DNA of 64,000 nucleotides, from the NCBI GenBank assembly GCA_964252035.1, contig OZ176205.1; one strand, given 5' to 3'. Origin of the DNA: Podarcis erhardii. Its lineage: Eukaryota. The notes beneath the pieces were generated by a model. It did not search any database and was not told the DNA's origin. It saw nothing but the letters and a program-made list of their open reading frames with translations. Shown piece after piece: positions 14,188 through 24,440 of this stretch (position 1 is its first letter; every line of letters begins with the position of its first letter). Made by a program: the position numbers and the translations under genes.

Positions 14188-14404
14188 CAGTGGTACCTCG
14201 GGTTACAGACGCTTCAGGTTACAGACGCTCCAGGTTACAGCCTCCACTAACCCAGAAGTAGTACCTCAGGTTAAGAACTTTACCTCAGGATGAGAACAGA
14301 AATTGCATGCTGGTGGCAGCGGGAGGTCCCATTAGCTAAAGTGGTACTTCAGGTTAAGAACGGACCTGTGGAACGAATTAAATTCATAACCAGAGGTACC
14401 TCTG
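14188..14404. mobile_element. Tc1/mariner (Tigger-like) MITE
   Basis: TIRs cagtggtacc / ggtacctctg with TA on both flanks; same family at 42987 and 50519. Confidence 0.85.
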
Positions 14405-16216
14405 TATTTGTGTGTGTGCTCCATCTTTGTAATAAAGTGGTGGTGTACTCCCTGCTCCATAAACTGGGCTAGGAGAAAAGGGACTGGGCTGACGGAGTGC
14501 AGGGGGTTAAAAAAGGGGGGTCATATTTCTGATCCATACACCCATTTTCATGTCAAGACTACCACATACTTTGGCCTGTTTCAGACATAATAGGAAACCA
14601 TGATTCCATAATGGGAAACTCCATAATGGGAAGCTCCATGAAAGAGCCTGTATGAGTCTCAAGTTTCTATGCATCTCTCTCCCGTGGCCACAAGGATATT
14701 GGAAGCTTCCATTTTTAAACAAGCCGCAGTTCCTCTTTATGCCCAGGCTGGAGAGATTGTAGCAAGAGGTACTAACCTTATGACCAGAAGACCATGTGAG
14801 CCTGAGGTTCATGTGGGCTCACTCATGTGGTGAGCAACTGGTTTCCCATTATGTCTAAACCAGGCTAATATATGTGAACAGGACAGACATGTGAATAAAA
14901 CATGTAGCTGTCTTCATTGTTTCTTATTTTGCTATGGATTTGTGCTTTGATGTGTTAAAAGAGGTAGCTCTCTCGCCCTTATCATCACTATCTAGGAATG
15001 AACAGAAGATCACTTTATGGTTTTCGGAACCATCTTGGAAAGTTCTAACAACAAGAAGACTTTGCCCTTTCCCTTAGCTATCTTGTGACTTTCACTACAG
15101 GATAATCTTGTTTTGAAAAGCACCTTCCAAATGTATCACATTTTAAAGAAAAATCATGTTAAAAATTACAAACGATGCTAAACATATGTTTGCACAGTGA
15201 TCTCCTTCAGAAAAATACATTATATTGTAAAGCATTACTGCAATGTTATCATTTTGCATCCAAAAGTCAACACAGTAAAAACAACAACCCCAAAACCCAT
15301 CATAGTAAAAGAAAGCTTATCAAAAATTTAACTAAAAAATATTCTTACGTTTTTGTTTCTTGACATGTTGCAAACCAAACAAGAAAAAAAATGGACAAAA
15401 ATGTTACCATCTGTAGATATCTTTGGGACAAAAGCATCTTCTGTCCTGTAAACTATTAAACAAGATGAAATAAGATGGACATTGAAATGCAACTTGCAGC
15501 TATAACATATTCCACTTAAATAATGGATAGTAAAATTAAACCATAGTGGCAGATAGGAAGTATTGGCCTGAAATATATATATTTTAAAAATATTACTCTT
15601 TGCCTTTTCATATTTACTGTGACAACAGAAGCCAAATAATTCCATAGTGTATTTCATTTGTATATTAGGACACAAAAGGTTTTAATTTGAAACAGTAGGA
15701 AACCATCTTTTAAATATGTATTCCAAATATTCCTGTCATAATTATATTACTGCAATCTTCACTCAGGTTAGTATAGCCTATGAAAATCAATAGCATAATA
15801 TGTATATAAAATTGTTTGCTTTTGGAGGGAACAAAACAAATATTCTGATCTGAACCAGAACTGGTTTTTTAGAAATATGTGAATACACAAAATACATCCT
15901 GAATGGCACAAGCCATTGGTTCAATTTTTCCAGTACTGTAATCACTTATTGACAGATTTTGTCAATAATATATCTGAGATATATTTGTATAGCTACATAT
16001 AACCGACAATATCTTAATTAAATATTAGTTGAAAGAAAATATTTAACAGTGCAACCCTATACATGTCTACTCAGAAATAAGTTCAATGGGGCTTATATCC
16101 AGGTAAGTGTATATAGAATTTAAAGCCCAAACAGGTTTAAAATAGCAGTGTAATGTAGAGTACTTACTATTTCTCCTTGTATTGGAGTATGGTAAAGTTG
16201 GTTTGTGGAGTCTTAC

Positions 16217-16647
16217 TTGTTGCTAACAGATCTCTAGTGAGCCTCCTCCGGCAATGACAGTGTGCGCCTTCCTAGCTTCTTTTATAGTTCTGTAGCTGCA
16301 CTTAACAATAGGGATGAACTGCGCATCATATTCTATGACTAAGATCTTTTTCTCCTTGTATAAATGAAAGATGTGCTTCTCCCAGAGACAATCACCCTTG
16401 GACAATAAAGTTTACTATTTGGCTAGTGATTAAGACACTGGGACCTCCTGTTTTGAAATATCTCTCATCCTGTCATTTTCATAGGATCGTAAAATCATGC
16501 TATGGAGGTTGGGATCAATAGCAAGGCTGAAGAATTGGAGACTTTTTATCACTGGGGGACTTATTCCAACCATTACTTGCTGGAAAACTTTTGATATAAT
16601 TTCTGGATCAGCGCCACATGTTTAAGGTAAGAATCAGCTTGATTTTT
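16217..16647 (-). pseudogene. CCT7-like remnant exon (apical to intermediate region, ending after the AGGG..E motif)
   Basis: Acceptor ttctccacttctccagctgccttctAG before KNQA; donor CAA|GTAAGA at 16216; TIKEARKAHTVIAGGGSLEI vs recalled [20 protein letters not shown]; frameshifts and stops. Confidence 0.75.
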
Positions 16648-17376
16648 CTAGAAGGCAGCTGGAGAAGTGGAGAACTGACCATATGAACAAGGCAAGGGGG
16701 AATCTTCCTCTTCTTGACATTGTTATATTTTGAATTGGACCAGGATTTACAATGGTGCATGGTCACAATGTGCCTTCAGTGCCAGGGTTCAGCCCACTTC
16801 ATGGGATATTAATATATGCAACTGAAAATGCAGAAGCATAAATAAAACTTCTTGCTCAGTAGAAATTAAAGACATACTTCATACAGCCCACCCCAAATTT
16901 TGGGTTGATGTTTATCAGTCTTGGTTGAACTATGGCAGCCTCAATGGCAAACAAATATTCAGGATGCTCCCAGTGAATTCGCCTGCATCCACCCAGTGTC
17001 ACCAACAGTAACTTGCAAACTGACCCATAATATCTCTCTGGCGTAACTGGATGGGGCTTTGCTATTATACATGCAATACTTTCCTCAGATGCTGCATAAG
17101 CAGATGTCACTGCCCATCCACAGATGAGAAATGTGTGCATATGGGGCATAGCTAGAGTCAGAAGATGCAGGACTGTGAGGGCTCACCTAAATACTTTCCC
17201 AGCGGTCCTATCTCGGCAGGCCCGCTCTTTTTTGAGCTTTGATATATGGCAGCAACCTGCTACTCTGAACATCAGAACTGATCTTACATATGTGCCTCTC
17301 AGCCTTGCACAGAAAAAGAATTCTTCTGCCTTCATCTATTATTTAGTTTTCCTTCTTTATAGTTGTTTGTCTAGTG

Positions 17377-17513
17377 CAGGCATCCCCAAACTTGGCCCTC
17401 CAGATGTTTTGGGACTACAATTCCTATCATCCCTGACCACTGGTCCTGTTAGCTAGGAATGATGGGAGTTGTAGTCCCAAAAACATATGGAGGGCCGAGT
17501 TTGGGGATGCCTG
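17377..17513. mobile_element. hAT-family MITE
   Basis: TIRs caggcatccccaaact / agtttggggatgcctg; 8-bp TSD gtctagtg. Confidence 0.92.
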
Positions 17514-18929
17514 GTCTAGTGGATTTTAGGCTCAGAGCAGCACCTTCAGAGCTCCCCAAACCCCTCATTCCTCTCATCTTCATAGATAAATAAATCACAG
17601 CTCTATTTCCCTTGGTTCCTGTCCCCTTGCTCCAACCTCCACTCCACTGCCAGGTAAATGAGTCTGCTTCTTTTCCCAGTACAGTACCCTTTCAGAGCAA
17701 GTTTGTGTTCCTGAAGCTTTTAGACCCACGTCAGTCTCTTCTCTGTGGTAAAGGTGAGTTTCTCTGGGTGCATCTGAGGCCTGTCCCTCCTCTGCTGGCT
17801 GCTTCCCCCCTCTATAGTCCAGTGGTGAAGGCAACAGCATATGCATGGCGCAGCCATTTGCGGCTGGCGCAAGTTCACTTCCATTTAGGCCAGAGTCAGC
17901 AGAGAGTGGACATCACCAGCAGCCACTTGCAGTATTGCCTCTCAGATTTGGATTTCCAAGGCACCTTTCAAGAATTACGGAACAAATAAAATAAGACAAT
18001 AGAAATGTAGAGCAAATAATATAATACCAGCAGCTAAGCAAGCCTGAACAGAGCCAGTACCTCACAACCTGGACCTTTCCTGCACAACAGGATTTCCTTT
18101 GTGCCTGCCCACTGCCCATCTACTCAATGATTCCCAAAGTGTCCAACACAGATTCTGGGAGTTTGCAGGAGCTGAAAGGTGAGGGTGAGAGGACAGGAAT
18201 GCATGGGTGAAAGCCCATTTTGATAGCATATGGACACAATTGAATGTCATATATATTTTCTATGCAGTCATATTGGTATAGCTGTTTGTGCCTCATTGCA
18301 GCTGCAGTTAAATGTAGGATTGTTTTCATGATGTTAATAACATAAAAAGTAGTAGCCAAATACCAATGTACAGACCTAACTGGTTCTGCCTTGTACCATC
18401 TGGGGCTAGAATTGTTTATTTTGAGCCATTGTGTTCATCAACTAATCACTACAGGCTTCTAGCTTTGTAACAACTCTGTTCCTGGCGTAAGAGCCATTTA
18501 TTGAAAAGGTCAAAACTTGTAACCAATTAAAGATTTACATAGAGGTTGCTAAATTGGTTGCTAAACTCTTGTGATCTCTTTTTAGTTTCCAGGACACCCA
18601 AAAAGTTAACGTAAATGATGTGTCTGCCACAGCAGAGCTTTCTAGTTACGTGTTTCCAGGCTAATAAGCACTAGCCATAGCCAAGTCTAAAACATCTGAT
18701 CTTTATAAGCACCTTTATGTAATTGAGGGGCAACTACCATTATCATAAGAACTATGATTCCATTTGTCTGAGCAAGTGAATGTCAGCCAGAGAAATTGAA
18801 AGATGCTCATTGAATGACAACTTAAAGCATTCTATCATAGACAAAGTGTGCTGCCATGGCTACTCAATTCCACTACCCTTGGGAAATTGCATTATAGGAA
18901 ATATCTCAGCAGCTCTACTTTTAGAGAAT

Positions 18930-19438
18930 GGGTGTTGTGTCCAGCAGCAATTTTAACTCCTGCAGTAGAAGTTATGGAAGCTTCAAACTGTGCTGGCCTT
19001 CACTGAACAATAGTTACCAGATGGTTACAAGGTGGCTTCCAGTACTGAGTTCAAGAGTATCCCAGGATTGAATAAAAGTGTCTAAAGAAGTGGAGCATAT
19101 TGCAGGACAAAAAATCCATGCTAAATCCTAAACCTGCCCTCCATTTTTATCTTTGAAGACTCCATAAAGATGTGATTATATTAACTGTGGCTAAATCCAC
19201 CACAGAAAAGCTGTGGAGGATTTTGAAAGCAAACTTTAAGTTGGACTGGCAGCAGCAGCTCTGGAACTTGTGTGGCTTTGAACGAGAGACTGGCCCATTA
19301 TGTGTCAGCATATCAAAGTAATTAGACAGTTTTGAAATTATACTTGTTATTTTTTGTTTGTGTTTGTTTTCATTGTAGTTGTTTTGTATTTGTATGTTCT
19401 TATTGGAAAATCTAATAAATATTATTTTTAAAAAAAAT
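18930..19438 (+). mobile_element. Degenerate L1/Tx1-like LINE 3' end
   Basis: Residual W-rich frame (ILTVAKS...DWQQQLWNL), T-rich 3' region, AATAAA at 19414 and A tail. Confidence 0.45.
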
Positions 19439-19576
19439 CAAAGTAATTAGACAATTTCTATGCTATGCACATCAACTTTATTAAATAGTTACCAAAGAAC
19501 ATGAGCTTTGGCCTCTGGCAATGTAAGGGAACTTGTAGCAAGATATTATGGTTTGATACAACATATGTAATCAGTG

Positions 19577-19708
19577 ATTCAGGTAATGTAGCCATGTTGG
19601 TCTGTCGTAATAAATAACAATGATGAAAGATTAAAAAAAATATATTGAAAGATGTTCCAGTAGCACCTTAAAGACCAACTAAGTATAAGCTTTCTAGGTA
19701 TGAGCTTT
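19577..19708 (-). mobile_element. Older Penelope-like 3' fragment
   Basis: Shares ccagtagcaccttaaagaccaactaagt with the 19914 element; flanked by 13-bp direct repeat tatgtaatcagtg (19564-19576, 19709-19721). Confidence 0.8.
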
Positions 19709-19913
19709 TATGTAATCAGTGTTTTCTTATTTTTGAAATGGTATGTATATTTCTCTAAATTGTTGATGCATTTCTTTCAAATAAATAAAATGCCTCCCTT
19801 TCTCTGCCAAATGTTTTGCATTTGATGTACATTTCAATGACCAGGTGTGTACCCAAGTTTCAGTTTCCTTGGAATGAGGAACGGCAGAGACTATGGTGTC
19901 TTTAGGATCAATG

Positions 19914-20227
19914 TCAAAACAAAACAAATTCCTTCCAGTAGCACCTTAAAGACCAACTAAGTCAGTTCTTGGTATGAGCTTTCGTGTGCATGCACACTTC
20001 TTCAGATATTCTTCAGATACTTCTTCAGATATTCTTCAGATACTTCTTCAGATACTTCTTCAGGTATCTGAAGAATACTTCAGATACTTCTTCAGGTATC
20101 TGAAGAAGTGTGCATGCACACGAAAGCTCATACCAAGAACTGACTTAGTTGGTCTTTAAGGTGCTACTGGAAGGAATTTGTTTTGTTTTGACTATGGCAG
20201 ACCAACACGGCTACCTATCTGTAACTG
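19914..20227. mobile_element. Penelope-like retroelement end with perfect 96-bp inverted repeat
   Basis: Arms 19913-20008 and 20097-20192 are exact reverse complements; 13-bp TSD tttaggatcaatg (19901-19913, 20228-20240). Confidence 0.85.
20095..20134 (+). ncRNA. Minimal type I hammerhead ribozyme motif in Penelope-like element
   Basis: GGUAU-CUGAAGA-A-GUGUGC AU GCACAC-GAAA-GC-UC/AUACC: helix I 5 bp, core boxes, helix II 6 bp, palindromic AGCU helix III. Confidence 0.75.
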
Positions 20228-20260
20228 TTTAGGATCAATGGTTTATATACATATATACAA

Positions 20261-20336
20261 CCTGGCGTGCCTGGCGTGCTCTGGTCCATGGGGTCACGAA
20301 GAGTCGGACACGACTAAACAATAACAAAACAACAAC
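20261..20336 (+). mobile_element. BovB/RTE LINE or Sauria-SINE 3' tail
   Basis: cctggcgtgct..gtccatggggtcacgaagagtcggacacgact plus (aac)n tail. Confidence 0.85.
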
Positions 20337-20389
20337 CTGTGGCTGAGACAGAAATCAGGCATAGTTCTGTCTTCCAGCTTCTAGCTTAC

Positions 20390-20737
20390 ATCACTCAACT
20401 CTCAATTCTCGCTTTTGTCTTTCTAACAAAGGGAGTGGGGGACCCACGTATTTGTTATCTGGCAGAGAACCACTTCCTTTGTTACCTAATGGCCCATACT
20501 TAGAGAGTCATTACCTCACCAGGAACCTAACCTGGCTATTCCAGAAATTGAATCAATGCTGCCTCCAGGAATTAGAAGGAAGCTCAGGCATACAACCTAC
20601 CCCACCTAACTCATAAAACTATATTAAGAGCACGTGACATGTCCAGCTTTTTACATAGCATTCATGCGAAACACAAAACTAGTTGCCTCCATATGTCTGA
20701 TATCTTTATAGGCCTTGTGGCCTTCTGGGGTTTTAAC
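20390..20737 (-). pseudogene. CCT7-like remnant exon (intermediate to apical region)
   Basis: 31-residue gapless match VKTP...*KA to recalled VKKA...QKA; same frame continues to IPGGSIDS; then KYVGPPLPLL and ELRV; donor GAT|GTAAGC at 20389. Confidence 0.75.
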
Positions 20738-20891
20738 CTAGAATAACTTCAGACTACTCTACAACAGAAAGCACTCCTGTGTGGGTGACAAAATAGCAGA
20801 GGAGCTATGGATTATTCAGATAGAAAACTGTGGGGAAACAGTTAAGACAGACAGGCTTTTAGCTCCAGAAAAGCAAACAGGTTTCTTTGTT

Positions 20892-20908
20892 TGCCACTAG
20901 ATGGCAGA
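20892..20908 (+). promoter_or_regulatory. Consensus CTCF motif
   Basis: TGCCACTAGATGGCAG; core 20894-20907 matches CCASYAGRKGGCRS at all positions. Confidence 0.65.
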
Positions 20909-21028
20909 CCGACAGGGTCACGCATACTACAATGCAATCTACCAAATGTAAGGATTCACAAAAGTGTACTTTTTAGAAGTATAAGTCCCAAAGAGGAGGA
21001 AGAAGAGGTCACACAACAGAACACTCAC

Positions 21029-21719
21029 ATGGAAATAGGATATTTCTTTCACCACATGGCAATAAGCCTGCAGAAAGGACCCTGTTTAAGATGCTCAGGG
21101 AATACTTTTTTTTTAGCCAAGCAACTGAGAGGGATTAGGACGACACACGAAAAGGGGGACCACAGCTACATACTATCACACACTGCTAGGACTATCCCAT
21201 AGTGGTGCCCTACACAGGAATCAAGGTTGGAAGCAGGTGGTGGGATTTTGACCCCCACTGAGGGAAAATGGCCTCACTCATCTTTTGCATACCTGGCCAA
21301 AAACTGTTAGATTACAGGGGTGCCAACTTGAATAAAATATTTGGGGACCTAGGTAAGCCCTTCCCCACATAATCACATGATGGGGCACACCCACACTATT
21401 TGAATGGCAATTTCCATCAACTTTGTGTGGGGTGGTGCCCCCCGAAATATTCTCGGGGGGGGGGGGGCAAAGGGACCTCAGCCCCTAGGAGTTGGCAGGT
21501 AGCATCCCAAAACACTTTGCCCTCATCACCTCTCCGCACAACTTGCCAGCCAACGGACTGCCTCATCTGTCACAGCAGGGGCAAAAGCCATCCCACACTT
21601 GCCTTTAGGGCCTGCATCCCACCTAACCGAACACAGAATGGAGGTACCACTCGCTCCGACAGCATCCGATTCCTTGTCCTTCCTATTCTGAGGCCAGCTG
21701 AAGCCAGATCAGGTGTGGG
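21029..21719 (-). pseudogene. CCT7-like remnant, N-terminal part, interrupted by a transposon
   Basis: VPTP, QGI, ILCSVRWDAGPKG, GKV..DAT, H....TLI, AY...VKEIS in CCT7 order; donor CAT|GTGAGT at 21028. Confidence 0.6.
21315..21497. mobile_element. DNA transposon-like insertion
   Basis: Terminal inverted motif caggggtgccaact / agttggca; splits the CCT7-like N-terminal region. Confidence 0.55.
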
Positions 21720-21879
21720 AACGGGGTCCCTATCTAGCAACCCCTCTAGGAACAAAGTCACAGCACAGTTGGCAAAAGTATAGCTTTTTTCGTACAGCAC
21801 CTGGGATGGGCAACACCTATGCAAAGGGAAAACATAGCTCTTCGGAAACAAGCCCCACTTTGTAAATCGTTAGGAGAAA

Positions 21880-22960
21880 AGAATCAGAACTGCGGCCGCC
21901 TTAAATTCCCTTGTAAGGATTAATGGCGAGGTGGGTTCCCTCCACAATCCAGTGCGGGTTCAGGTTAAAGCTGAAGCGAGAGATGCCGCGCTTCTAAAAT
22001 AGGGACGCCCTTTAATACAAAGAGCTCATCCGGGAAATTTGAAAAGCGGTTGCGTCGAAGTGGAAATGGAGCAGTTGAGCGAAACCCCACCGGCTTTTAG
22101 TAAATACTGGGACACCTCCCGCCCCACACGTTTCCACCATAAGCTCTGAGCCTCCGTGGGGCACTGTCGGCCCCGCCCCACCCATTCTCTCCCCCCTCCC
22201 CGTCCCACCTATTCTCTGGTTGCCACGGTGACAGTGGCCCGGCCTACTGGGCAATAGGAGCAGGCACTACTAAGCTAACAAGAAGCGTCAGGAAGGATCT
22301 GCTCCTTGAGGCGGAGCCGTCTCTCTGAGAAAGGGGGTAGGGCGCAAGGAACCGTCGATCACCGGAGAAGCGACGTGCAATTGGTGAGAATCCTGGTCAC
22401 GTGCTAGATGGGCAGGACATATATAAACTCGGGGTGTGTAGGCGCCTTCCGCCATTTTGTCCAGTGCGACGAAGTGGGAGAGGCGGCGGAATCGAGTCTT
22501 GGCGGGAAAACGGGCGACGCAGCGATCGAGCTCGGTGGCTGAGGGGCGAGAAGCGAGGGAGACTGCGGAGCCGACCGAAAATTAATAATCATAAAACCGT
22601 GTAGCGGTTACTCGCGAGAGTCGGTCACACTCCTGGCCCGGCAGCCGGTGAGGGAGGGGCTTGGTCGGGATGGAAGGCCTCGCGGTTGCGGCAGCGGACA
22701 AAGAGCCGCCGCCATTTTGTGTGGTTGAAGTAACGTCAGGTCTCCCGCCGGGATGTTGGTCCCGGGGAGGAGATGAAAGGGGAGGCGGATTGCCTGAGCG
22801 TGAGGGGCGGCGTGGTGGGTATTATATGCGCAAGCTGGAGTCGAACCGAGGGAGAATTGTGAGGGCCAGAGGCCGCCGCGATGGGCGGGAAACCGCTCAG
22901 TAGTAGGCGCGCCAGTTACCCAAGGCGTAAGAAGCCCTTTTCGTCTCCTCGTGAGCGAGG
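21880..22960 (+). promoter_or_regulatory. SRSF3: SRSF3 CpG-island promoter and non-coding exon 1 (TSS about 22450; donor 22647 or 22729)
   Basis: TATATAAA 22420-22427; GTCACGTG 22396-22403; YY1-type CCGCCATTTT at 22449 and 22709; ACTCGCGAGA 22610-22619. Confidence 0.85.
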
Positions 22961-23386
22961 AGCCTGAGGCCCACCTGAAATCACCACAGGCTGCCTTGAG
23001 GGAGACCTGCTTTGGGGATCTGAACACAACATGCCCTTCCAAGACCAGTTGTCAACCCCTGGATGCCCTCAAATGGGGGAAAGGATCGGCAACTCCTTTC
23101 TTATATCAAGGTCTCTTAATTTTGACTTTGCTTGTGGGTTTTAAGGGCCCGGAGTATGGGCCTTCAATATAAGATGATTAATACCTTGGAACAATGGATT
23201 GTATTTCTAAAGTAGATTATAAAATGGACTGAAATGTATGAATAGTTATGCGTTGTAAGTCAAATCATCTGCACCGTGTTTTCAAAATCATGAGCCTGTT
23301 TCAAATACCTTATAACCCAAAAGGTTCCCTAACTAATAAAATATGAACAGAAGGCAAACCAGTTTTTCCTTGCATGTCTTCCAGAG

Positions 23387-23592
23387 ATGCATCGTGATTC
23401 GTGTCCACTGGACTGCAAGGTTTATGTAGGTAACCTTGGGAACAATGGCAACAAAACTGAATTGGAGCGAGCTTTTGGCTACTATGGACCACTACGTAGT
23501 GTGTGGGTTGCTAGGAATCCCCCTGGTTTTGCTTTCGTTGAATTTGAAGACCCACGTGATGCTGCTGATGCAGTCAGAGAACTAGATGGGAG
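23387..23592 (+). CDS. SRSF3: SRSF3 coding exon 1 (RRM; [18 protein letters not shown]...RELDG)
   Basis: Matches SRp20 N-terminus; RNP2 VYVGNL, RNP1 PGFAFVEF; acceptor 23383-23384, donor 23593. Confidence 0.99.
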
Positions 23593-24305
23593 GTAAAAAT
23601 TCACTTACATTTGGGTTGAGCTTGTGTGTATACTCTGATATATTAATGTAATATACTGCTTTGATTGAAAAGAAAGTTGGTCACAAATAGCCTGGCTTAT
23701 GTACTTGGAGATCCAAAAGAAATAGAACTGATTTTCTGTGGGGGCTAGTTGGGTTGGGAAGTAATTCTTACTAACAGTCTGTTAAATTTGTGTGAAATGT
23801 AATCCTTTGCTTGTGTTAGAAGAGTTTATTTTGAGTACAGTTTAAACATGTTGCATATTATTCCTGAGCTTCTAGATTTTGTACAGCTATCAAATTTTGG
23901 AAACACTGGTTGTGAGCTCTTGTGGTTCTGAGTGCCCTGGTTCAAACATTTAATATTTTTTTAAAATGGAAATAATGCTGCACGTTGCAGGCTCTTAATG
24001 GCTCAGTCTGTAGCTGAATTTCACTCATGTTGACTTAAAAACATTTTTATTTTGACATCTGTAATAAGCCTGAAGCTGAATATGCGTTCTATATGATCAA
24101 AACAATTTTAAGTGCTGGCTGCTTCTTAGGAGTGAAATACTGGTCCCCCGTCTAATTTTCAGTTAAACAAAACAAAATTAGACTGACTTGGTATGGTTTT
24201 GTGTTGAAGTTTAAATAACTAGGGAAATACAGGGGCACTAGTTGAAGTGTCTGGCTTAGTTTTATTAGGCTGTTAGAACTAACAACCCTTCCCTTTTTCT
24301 CTTAG

Positions 24306-24440
24306 AACACTTTGTGGGTGTCGTGTCAGGGTGGAACTCTCCAATGGTGAAAAACGTAGTCGGAACCGTGGTCCACCTCCCTCATGGGGTAGACGTCCTC
24401 GAGATGACTATCGTAGGAGAAGTCCTCCACCTCGCCGCAG
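24306..24440 (+). CDS. SRSF3: SRSF3 coding exon 2 ([44 protein letters not shown])
   Basis: In-frame join, canonical splice sites, 135 nt. Confidence 0.99.

Larger units (their letters stand above)
12606..21719 (-). pseudogene. Decayed, split group II chaperonin gene, most similar to CCT7 (TCP-1 eta)
   Basis: Collinear CCT7-like segments by eye: PTP (21719), ILCSVRWDAGPKG (21639-21601), VKEIS, VKTP...ATSF...[10 protein letters not shown]..GIA (20572-20534), KYVGPPLPLL..ELRV, KNQA...LIQKL, P......QFF, ISK-TGG, TIKEARKAHTVIAGGGSLEI (16261-16229), NKG...LNRL...H...GG; many stops and frameshifts. Confidence 0.75.

Noticed and set aside
14600-14747. PGHKEELRLV*...PR as another CCT7-like exon
   Set aside because: Good acceptor and collinear position, but it overlaps residues better matched at 12996 and has no clear donor; left unresolved
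17612-17989. 125-aa plus ORF with an in-frame GT-AG pair and AATAAA at the stop
   Set aside because: No recognisable family or upstream exons; phase match expected by chance one time in three
16856-18180. Frames ESVLDTLG, AAGDVHSLLTLA and TPERYYG, first read as chaperonin motifs
   Set aside because: Out of order once stronger matches at 20.4-21.7 kb were found; probably over-fitting by eye
20009-20096. Short direct repeats resembling an array
   Set aside because: No unique spacers; retroelement stutter in a vertebrate genome, not CRISPR
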